This document shows, one piece after another, positions 40,619 through 47,836 of a stretch of DNA of 64,000 nt (position 1 is the first letter of the stretch; each line of letters starts with the position of its first letter). The stretch is from a virus (Duplodnaviria > Caudoviricetes). The notes under the pieces were generated by a model that saw only the letters and a program-made list of their open reading frames with translations, had not been told where the DNA came from and did not search any database. The position numbers were made by a program, and so were the translations under genes. The DNA lies in IMG/VR virus record IMGVR_UViG_3300028591_000122, positions 52,457-116,456 of that record. One strand, 5' to 3'.

Positions 40619-42718
40619 ATGTCATGGGATATTTTACCTAAGAACGTCCTGCAATATTTTCTTACAAAACTAAAAGGTTTGATGTACACCAAAACTGAAG
40701 TTGATAGTTTGATTCCAGATTCCCTTTCGGATTTATCAGATGATTCAACTCATAGACTTGTAACTGATACCGAGAAAACGGCTTGGAGTGGCAAGAGCGT
40801 TGTTTCAGCCAATCCACAGAGCACCACAGAAACTTTAAGCGGAATTGAAATTGATGGAACTGGATATACATTTCCCGGTTCGAGTTCAGTAACTGGCGTA
40901 AAAGGTTCTGCGGAACAGAATTATCGGACTGGAGATGTTAGTATCAGTGCTAATAATGTTGGAGCACTAGGAGTTGTTGGTAATGTTACGGTGTCATCTT
41001 TGGATGATTTAGTCGCATTATGTTTAAATAGTGGTAATAATAAAGCATTTGAAGGACCAATAAATATTTCTACGGATATTGGTGTTGGAATGACTGGATG
41101 GTGTAATACTATTGGTGCTTGTTTAAATGCACCTAATAACGGAAATAGTAATATTGGACTATTTTGTTTATTTATGTCCACAAGAACTTCTGTGAATCCT
41201 AGATACGCAATAATCGACGGAAAAACAACCGGGAATTATTCGGTAACTGCTACTGGCATATTTACAAAAAGTTCGGATATACCAGATATTTCTACAAAAG
41301 TGTCTAAGTCTGGCGATACTATGACAGGAGCATTATCATTTAATGCTGATATGGTTCAAATAGTACATAGAAACAATTCATCGTGGTATTGTTATGAAGC
41401 ATATGAAACAGCTGGAAACGAAGCAATGGTTTATGCAACTCAACAAGGTAAGTCTAGTTTCATATGGGTAAATGGTGAAGATAGAGCAAATGTTGCTAAT
41501 AATAGATGGCAATCATTAATCCCAGGATTACAAATTAAAAATAATTGTGTATCTATTGGAAAATTAATAGAAAATGATGTAATGCCATCATATAAGTTAG
41601 AAGTAAATGGTGTAACAAAATCTACTGCATTTGATGGTAATTTGAAATATACTCATACTAACGAAATTAATTTCGGTGGTGGTAATCAATCTATTTGTTA
41701 TTTCAATTATAGAAATGCTGATACTGAACAAGCAGCTGCTGTTAGTAGTATGGCGTATAAATTTTGTAATTATAGTAACGATACATCAAAGAGTAATATC
41801 CTTGCTGGATATTTTAATGGCTATACAATAGGAAAATCAGTACCATCGAATGCCGTTTTTTCAGATGCCAATGTAGCACAGACTAACACCACAGGCAATG
41901 CAGCATATAGAGTTTTATATTCTGTAAATGCTGATGATGCAGATAGAGTAGAGGGGGCAAGAAAAGGTCGAATATATTTTAATCCGAGCAATGGAATGTT
42001 TTGGGCAAGTAATGGTACTAACCAATTTCAAATAGGTAATAATTATTTGTATTTGAATGGAAAAATAACTTTAATACAAGCTGGTAATCAACAATTAACA
42101 ATATCAGCAACTACTTCTGCTAGTGGTGAAACAAATTATAGAGTAGCATTAGGCGTTTACAATAATGCTTGGACTTTTAAGCCATTTACTGATAAATCTT
42201 TGACTCTTGGTCAAAGTAGTGAAAGATGGGGACAAATATATTCATCAAATTCTGCAATTTCAACATCTGATAGGAAAGAAAAGAAAGATATTGTTTCGCT
42301 TGATGAATTTGCTAGAACTTTAATAATGTCACTTAACCCAGTTTCATACAAATTTAAAGATGGAGACTCTGGACGAACCCATTATGGCATGATAGCTCAA
42401 GATGTCGAAGATTCACTAGAAGAACTTGGAATAACGGCTATAGACATTGCTGCTTTTTGCAAAGATAAAAAATTAAAAGATATTCCAGTATTCTCAGGGC
42501 AAAGAGATTCTAAAGGAAATCCTATATATGATAAAAAGCAAGTGCCAATACCGGGTGAATACGTCTACGGTCTTCGTTATGAAGAGTTCATAGCACCTAT
42601 AATTAAGACGGAACAACTTCAACAAGAAGATATTAACTCTCTTAAAGAAGAGATTTCTTTGCTTAAAGAAGAAATTGCATTACTTAAACAAAGATTAAAA
42701 ATATTGGAGGACAAATAA
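40619..42718 (+). CDS. Tail fibre with C-terminal intramolecular chaperone (peptidase S74)
   Basis: TSDRKEKKDI, LNPVSYKF, HYGMIAQDV, LRYEEFIAP followed by coiled coil. Confidence 0.85.
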   Translation: MSWDILPKNVLQYFLTKLKGLMYTKTEVDSLIPDSLSDLSDDSTHRLVTDTEKTAWSGKSVVSANPQSTTETLSGIEIDGTGYTFPGSSSVTGVKGSAEQNYRTGDVSISANNVGALGVVGNVTVSSLDDLVALCLNSGNNKAFEGPINISTDIGVGMTGWCNTIGACLNAPNNGNSNIGLFCLFMSTRTSVNPRYAIIDGKTTGNYSVTATGIFTKSSDIPDISTKVSKSGDTMTGALSFNADMVQIVHRNNSSWYCYEAYETAGNEAMVYATQQGKSSFIWVNGEDRANVANNRWQSLIPGLQIKNNCVSIGKLIENDVMPSYKLEVNGVTKSTAFDGNLKYTHTNEINFGGGNQSICYFNYRNADTEQAAAVSSMAYKFCNYSNDTSKSNILAGYFNGYTIGKSVPSNAVFSDANVAQTNTTGNAAYRVLYSVNADDADRVEGARKGRIYFNPSNGMFWASNGTNQFQIGNNYLYLNGKITLIQAGNQQLTISATTSASGETNYRVALGVYNNAWTFKPFTDKSLTLGQSSERWGQIYSSNSAISTSDRKEKKDIVSLDEFARTLIMSLNPVSYKFKDGDSGRTHYGMIAQDVEDSLEELGITAIDIAAFCKDKKLKDIPVFSGQRDSKGNPIYDKKQVPIPGEYVYGLRYEEFIAPIIKTEQLQQEDINSLKEEISLLKEEIALLKQRLKILEDK

Positions 42719-42946
42719 ATGGACGAAAAATACGTAGTAATTGAAATGCAGACTAATGCTGATGGTACGGTGGCAACGTTGACTGATAGTTTTCCGACTA
42801 TCGAAGCGGCTTACAACAAGTATTACACTATATTGGCTTATGCCGCAGTATCAACATTGCCTTGTCATTCAGCAGCTTTAATGACAAACAAAGGTATGCT
42901 TTGGGAAAGCAAATACTTTGAACATCCTTTATTGGAAGAAGAATAA
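42719..42946 (+). CDS. Small hypothetical protein following fibre gene
   Basis: GGAGG RBS; YVVIEMQT..AAVS.LP.HSA.L pattern. Confidence 0.6.
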   Translation: MDEKYVVIEMQTNADGTVATLTDSFPTIEAAYNKYYTILAYAAVSTLPCHSAALMTNKGMLWESKYFEHPLLEEE

Positions 42947-43038
42947 TCGATGTAATTATATTTATTACATTGATTTTGTGATGTGTTGTAAAAACTATAT
43001 TGTATTCTAAAAAAACATGGAAAGAATAGGGAGGTACC

Positions 43039-43788
43039 ATGCAGCTTAATTTATTTTTAGAAGAAGACTTAGATTTATTCAGAATGGAGTGTAATTTTTC
43101 CGATACGGAAAGTCAAATCTTTGAATTAAAAGCCAAAGGCAAAACAGACGTTTATGTGTCTGACGTATTAGGAATGTCCGCTTCCAATGTTGCCGTCTAT
43201 ATGCGTAAGATACGAGCAAAGATAGACGAAGTATTGCGACGAAATGTAAGACATATAAACACACAAGAATCTACCACTTGTAGTAGGTGTGTTGTTTGTC
43301 ATTCTATGGGAGAATGGGCAAAGATACCAGACTTCTTATCTGGTAAGGGAGTGCTTTATATTTATTCCGATTATCGTACAGAGAATGGAATAGATATACC
43401 TCGTATCAAAATAGGCGATGGAGTACGTTCTTTATCAGACATTCCTTTTGCAACCATGTCTATTACAGATGACGATATAGCATATTGGGATGATAAACCT
43501 GATATTGACAGTAATGGGTTTGGACAAATAACAGAGATAGACGAGACGCATACAAAAGATAATAAGTATGTGTTCCCATCCGCTGGATATGTTATGCTCG
43601 AATTTGAGAGCGATGAGGAGTTTGCTCAAGTTAATATCTACGGAGCAAGCGGACAGGCAGGATTTACTTTTGAAAAACGTCCATCTATTCCCATTCTCTC
43701 TAAAGAAGTATTCGTCCGTAAGGGTATGCAATGCGAATTTGTAATGGCTTCTTGCGGGGCAAGGATAAAATTTATACCTTTAATCTAA
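43039..43788 (+). CDS. LuxR/sigma4-like HTH fused to fibre-type modules
   Basis: CNFSDTE..IFELKAKG...LGMS..V..MRKIRAKI, then W..P..KG.YIYSDY..IKIGDG..L.DIPF. Confidence 0.6.
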   Translation: MQLNLFLEEDLDLFRMECNFSDTESQIFELKAKGKTDVYVSDVLGMSASNVAVYMRKIRAKIDEVLRRNVRHINTQESTTCSRCVVCHSMGEWAKIPDFLSGKGVLYIYSDYRTENGIDIPRIKIGDGVRSLSDIPFATMSITDDDIAYWDDKPDIDSNGFGQITEIDETHTKDNKYVFPSAGYVMLEFESDEEFAQVNIYGASGQAGFTFEKRPSIPILSKEVFVRKGMQCEFVMASCGARIKFIPLI

Positions 43789-43875
43789 AAAACTTATAAA
43801 AAATTAGTTGCATATTTTCGATAAAAAGTCGAACAAAAGATTGTAAATCATACTCCGAAATTTGTTGTATTATTA

Positions 43876-43954
43876 TCTCACACCGAGCGAGACAAGTGGT
43901 CTTACCCGAGAAAGTCCTTATGCAAACAAGGCAAAAACTCGCTCGGTTGAGGTG
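43876..43954 (+). promoter_or_regulatory. Structured leader RNA sequestering the RBS
   Basis: ACCGAGCGAG/CTCGCTCGGT 10-bp stem extended by CTCA/TGAG into GAGGTG. Confidence 0.55.
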
Positions 43955-43958
43955 TGAT

Positions 43959-44333
43959 ATGTATGTTTATAAAAATCTTAATCCTTATAATAAGCACGTT
44001 GGAGATTGCGTAGTAAGAGCAATAGCACATTCAACTGAGTCCGATTGGGTAGATGTATACGATGGCATCACCCGTTTAGGAAGAATATTGAAAGATATGC
44101 CCTCAAGCAATTCTGTATGGGGTGCTTATCTTAAGGAGCAAGGTTTTAAAAAACATATCATACCTAACACTTGTCCTAACTGTTATTCAGTGAAAGACTT
44201 TTGTAGAGATAACCCAAAAGGTAATTTCATTCTAATATTAGATGGTCACGCAGTTTCTGTTGTTGATGGAAACTATTATGACATCTACGATTGTGGAGAT
44301 GAAGTACCGTTATATTATTTTTCGGAGGTGTGA
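43959..44333 (+). CDS. Putative papain/C39-like cysteine peptidase
   Basis: GDCVVRAI ... GHAVSV ... YYD give a Cys-His-Asp order. Confidence 0.45.
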   Translation: MYVYKNLNPYNKHVGDCVVRAIAHSTESDWVDVYDGITRLGRILKDMPSSNSVWGAYLKEQGFKKHIIPNTCPNCYSVKDFCRDNPKGNFILILDGHAVSVVDGNYYDIYDCGDEVPLYYFSEV

Positions 44334-44665
44334 GTATGTACAACTATTATCCCCAAAACGATATGAATTGGTGTCAAGGAGAAGTAGGAGCGAAATCGTT
44401 TCCTGTTGCTCCCGGTCATACAGTTCCTATTTTTGATTCGGAAGACCCTTGCTTGTATATCAAATCAGTTGATATTATGGGCAGACCGCTTCCTCTTAAG
44501 ATTCTTGATTACATAGAAAGAGATAATACTCCGAAAATCGAAGCGAAGAATTATGTTGAGAAAGATACATTTGATGCAGCAATGAATTCTCTTAATGATA
44601 AATTCGATGACTTAATGGAATTGATAACAAAGCCAGAGAAGAAGGAGAAAACAAATGCCAAATAA
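44330..44665 (+). CDS. Cassette hypothetical protein
   Basis: W.QGE.GAKS..VAPG..DSE..YIKS.D pattern; coupled overlap. Confidence 0.6.
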   Translation: MSMYNYYPQNDMNWCQGEVGAKSFPVAPGHTVPIFDSEDPCLYIKSVDIMGRPLPLKILDYIERDNTPKIEAKNYVEKDTFDAAMNSLNDKFDDLMELITKPEKKEKTNAK

Positions 44666-44885
44666 TCTTTTTAATTCAACGCAAGGAAACAATATAATGA
44701 GTGAGTTTAACAGATTCCAAAACAATCCTATGCAATGGTTAGTGAATAGAAATGTAAACATACCTCAAGAATATGCTAATAATCCCGAGCAGGCAGTCCA
44801 ATATTTACTCAATAATGGAAAGATGTCTCAAAATACATTAAACCAAATTATTCAACAAGCCAAAATGTTTGGGTTTAAAATTTGA
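44655..44885 (+). CDS. Asn/Gln-rich cassette protein
   Basis: NPMQ..NP..AVQYLLN.GKMSQ pattern. Confidence 0.6.
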   Translation: MPNNLFNSTQGNNIMSEFNRFQNNPMQWLVNRNVNIPQEYANNPEQAVQYLLNNGKMSQNTLNQIIQQAKMFGFKI

Positions 44886-44977
44886 TACAACTACTTTGCG
44901 CAAAAGTTGTAAATAAACCGACTCATCAAAAGTGATGAGCCGCTAACCAAAAAAGTTATTGGTAGAAAGGAGAAACT

Positions 44978-45781
44978 ATGTTATCAGACAATGGTAATAT
45001 CGTAATGCCCGTATCTCCTATGTGTAATGGTGGAGACGGCTTCGGTGGAGGCTTTGGTGGCTGGTGGGTTATATTATTCCTTTTCGCTCTTATGGGCGGT
45101 TGGGGTAATGGCTTCGGCGGCTTTGGCGGCAACGAAGGTGTACTTCCTTATATGTGGAATACGGCAACACAGAATGATGTTAATCGTGGCTTTGACACTT
45201 CAGGTCTTTCAAGCCAGCTTAGCGGAATTCAATCATCAATTTCTAACGGATTTGCTTCTTCTGAAGTAGCAGATTGTAATCGTGCTATGGACGCTATGCA
45301 GACCGCATACTCTAACCAGATTGCTTCAATGAATCAGAGATTTGCAGACAACCAGAATCTTTCTGGTCAGTTAAATAATCTCGCTATGAGCCTTCAGAAT
45401 TGTTGCTGTTCTAACAGAGAGTCTATTGCAGACCTCAAGTATACTGTAGCAACAGAAGCGTGCTCAGACAGACAGACCGTAAACAACGGTGTTAGAGATA
45501 TCATCGCTTCAAATACGGCTCAGACCCAAGCAATATTGGATAAAATCTGTGCATTGGAGTTAGACAATTTCAAACGAGAAAATGAAAATCTCCGCACACA
45601 ACTTAATATGGCAACACTTAATGCTTCTCAAACTGCACAGACCGCACAGCTCCTTCAAGGACAGAATTCGGCTGTAGATAATTTGTATACAAGATTAAGC
45701 AATTGCCCCGTACCGGCTGTTCCGGTTTACGGAAAAACAAATATCTTCTCTTGCACCAACGGATGTAGCTGTGGCATGTAG
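44978..45781 (+). CDS. Gly-rich hydrophobic N-terminus plus long coiled-coil, Cys-rich protein
   Basis: GFGGWWVILFLFALMGGWG; QNCCC; C-terminal CTNGCSCG. Confidence 0.65.
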   Translation: MLSDNGNIVMPVSPMCNGGDGFGGGFGGWWVILFLFALMGGWGNGFGGFGGNEGVLPYMWNTATQNDVNRGFDTSGLSSQLSGIQSSISNGFASSEVADCNRAMDAMQTAYSNQIASMNQRFADNQNLSGQLNNLAMSLQNCCCSNRESIADLKYTVATEACSDRQTVNNGVRDIIASNTAQTQAILDKICALELDNFKRENENLRTQLNMATLNASQTAQTAQLLQGQNSAVDNLYTRLSNCPVPAVPVYGKTNIFSCTNGCSCGM

Positions 45782-45792
45782 GAGGTGATTCA

Positions 45793-46233
45793 ATGGCTGA
45801 ATATATTGCAGATAGCCCTGTTACAGTATCATTGAACAATGCTATCCCATTCAATGCTTCTATTCCTTGCCCTAATGGTGGAATTTACCACGATGACGGC
45901 TCTGGAATTTTTATTCTCCGGGGAATCACACATAACTGTTTCGCAAGATATATCGTTACCTTTAATGGCAACATTTCCATTCCCGAAGACGGAGAAGCCG
46001 TAGTGCCCATCTCTATCGGAATCACAGAGAATGGGGAAGTAAAGGAAGAAAGTATTGCTACTTATTCTCCTACTGATGTTGACACATTAGGTAATATAAC
46101 CAGTACGACTTCAATCACTGTACCACGCGGTTGTTGCTTTACTGTCGCAGTAAGATATATTTCTACAGAAGCAGACCCTGCACCCTCAATTAACGTCTCA
46201 AATGGTTCGGTTCGTATTACGAGAACCGCATAA
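45793..46233 (+). CDS. Beta-sandwich protein (C1q/BclA-CTD-like by pattern)
   Basis: IPF, SGIFILRG, RYIVTFNGNI, CCFTVAVRY strands. Confidence 0.5.
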   Translation: MAEYIADSPVTVSLNNAIPFNASIPCPNGGIYHDDGSGIFILRGITHNCFARYIVTFNGNISIPEDGEAVVPISIGITENGEVKEESIATYSPTDVDTLGNITSTTSITVPRGCCFTVAVRYISTEADPAPSINVSNGSVRITRTA

Positions 46234-46247
46234 GAAAGGAGTAAGAT

Positions 46248-46586
46248 ATGCACGTATTAAACGACTTATGCTATCTGCTCGAAGACGAAATCGGTCAGGT
46301 AGTTAAAAAGGGAGAATTAACTCCCACAGAACTTGACAATGTTTATAAAGCCGTTAAGACAGAATATTACATCGAAACCATCGACGCAATGCGTAACCGT
46401 GGTGACGAAGAATATTCAAGAGGAAGAAATATGTATAACAGAGATTATGCATATGGAAGTTCAAGAAATTATGCAAGACATACTCGTGAAGAGAAAATTG
46501 CAGACCTTGAAAGAATGATGGCTAACGCTTCAACTGAAGCAGAAAGAAGAGCTTTTATGGAAGCCATTCGCTCAATTGAAAAGTGA
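46248..46586 (+). CDS. Helical cassette protein with R/Y/G-rich tract
   Basis: AAGGAG RBS; last gene before terminator. Confidence 0.6.
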   Translation: MHVLNDLCYLLEDEIGQVVKKGELTPTELDNVYKAVKTEYYIETIDAMRNRGDEEYSRGRNMYNRDYAYGSSRNYARHTREEKIADLERMMANASTEAERRAFMEAIRSIEK

Positions 46587-46599
46587 AAACATTACAGAG

Positions 46600-46623
46600 A
46601 GAGAGTCTAACGACTCTCTTTTT
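46600..46623 (+). terminator. Intrinsic terminator
   Basis: AGAGAGTC-taac-GACTCTCT plus T-run. Confidence 0.7.
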
Positions 46624-46659
46624 GTTTTATATAGATGATAAATTGAAAGGAGAAAATAA

Positions 46660-47118
46660 ATGGCAAGATATACCGAGAACCTAAATTTAGAATTACCATC
46701 GGAGATGGAGTATTTTACTATTAACACGTGGAACTATAACATGAGAATTTTAGACGAAGCCTATGCCCTATTAAGCGGAAAGACATCGAAAGTAACCGCA
46801 GACCTTGTGTCTTATGATAATTCACAAAGCGGATTAGATGCTCATAATGTTCAAACCGCGCTTGATAAATTAGCATCGACTTCGCAAATCGACAACTTAT
46901 ATATTATGACAGTAACCGAAGATGTAAACCTAACAGTTGCAACTTACGCACACATTTATTTCGTTCTATCTTTTGGAGCAACTGTACCTCAAGTAACTTT
47001 TAGCGCATCTATACCTGAAAAAGATTTTGTATGGGAAGGAGGAGAACCAGTTTTTCAACCCAATTCAACTTATGAACTTTCATTCTTGCATTTGGATTGT
47101 AAATGGTTTAAGAGATAA
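46660..47118 (+). CDS. Fibre adaptor (paralog of 47221..47823)
   Basis: YTENLNLELP N-terminus; VSYDNSQSGLDAHNVQTALDKL repeat; FQPNSTYELSFL. Confidence 0.6.
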   Translation: MARYTENLNLELPSEMEYFTINTWNYNMRILDEAYALLSGKTSKVTADLVSYDNSQSGLDAHNVQTALDKLASTSQIDNLYIMTVTEDVNLTVATYAHIYFVLSFGATVPQVTFSASIPEKDFVWEGGEPVFQPNSTYELSFLHLDCKWFKR

Positions 47119-47228
47119 TGGATAATTCTTCATATGCACAAGAGATGATGTTATTAAGACGTAGGCTTATGGAAGAAGTAGTTGACCATACGCCACCGGA
47201 AGAAAACGAGGAGGAAGACGATGGCTGA
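47118..47228 (+). CDS. 36-aa peptide MDNSSYAQEMMLLRRRLMEEVV...
   Basis: Translated by hand; TAATG coupling upstream and overlap with next start. Confidence 0.45.
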   Translation: MDNSSYAQEMMLLRRRLMEEVVDHTPPEENEEEDDG

Positions 47229-47823
47229 TTCCACAAGATATTTACACTTAACACTTCCTCTTGGGAGTAGATATTGGAATCTCGATACTTGGGTTAAGAA
47301 TATGGAGATTCTGGACAAGGCTTACAAAGATATTGAAAAAATAATTATAGACAGATTACAAGCCAACAATGTGGATTGTAAGCCCAGCGGTAATGTTCAA
47401 GATAGAATTGATGAGTTAAGTACATTGGGTTCGTGGACAAAATTTATAGATGTTACATCAAACATGAACATCGTCATAAACCCTAGTTCTCATTGTTACT
47501 TGACTCTTGCTTTTGGTCCTACTGTCTATAATGTGACTTTCTCAAACAGAGTAGGAAGAAGTTTTGAATGGATAAATGATTACCCAAACTTTGAACCCAA
47601 CTCTGTTTATGAATTATCGTTTCTTGATTTGGCTTGTATTTGGGCAAAGAGAAATGATTTTGATTGGAGCAGATTCTTTGGCTATCATATTGACAATGGT
47701 ATCTGCTATGTTAATTATGTTAAAATTGATGATTGGGTAGGATATTTTCATAATGGAGATGTCACTGTTCCTAACTATATCGAAGGCTGTCCTGTCCAAA
47801 TAGAATTGATAACTGGTTGGTAG
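47221..47823 (+). CDS. Fibre adaptor paralog
   Basis: TRYLHLTLP...NMEILDKAY; FEPNSVYELSFL; GAGGAGG RBS. Confidence 0.6.
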   Translation: MADSTRYLHLTLPLGSRYWNLDTWVKNMEILDKAYKDIEKIIIDRLQANNVDCKPSGNVQDRIDELSTLGSWTKFIDVTSNMNIVINPSSHCYLTLAFGPTVYNVTFSNRVGRSFEWINDYPNFEPNSVYELSFLDLACIWAKRNDFDWSRFFGYHIDNGICYVNYVKIDDWVGYFHNGDVTVPNYIEGCPVQIELITGW

Positions 47824-47836
47824 AAAGGAGGAGATT

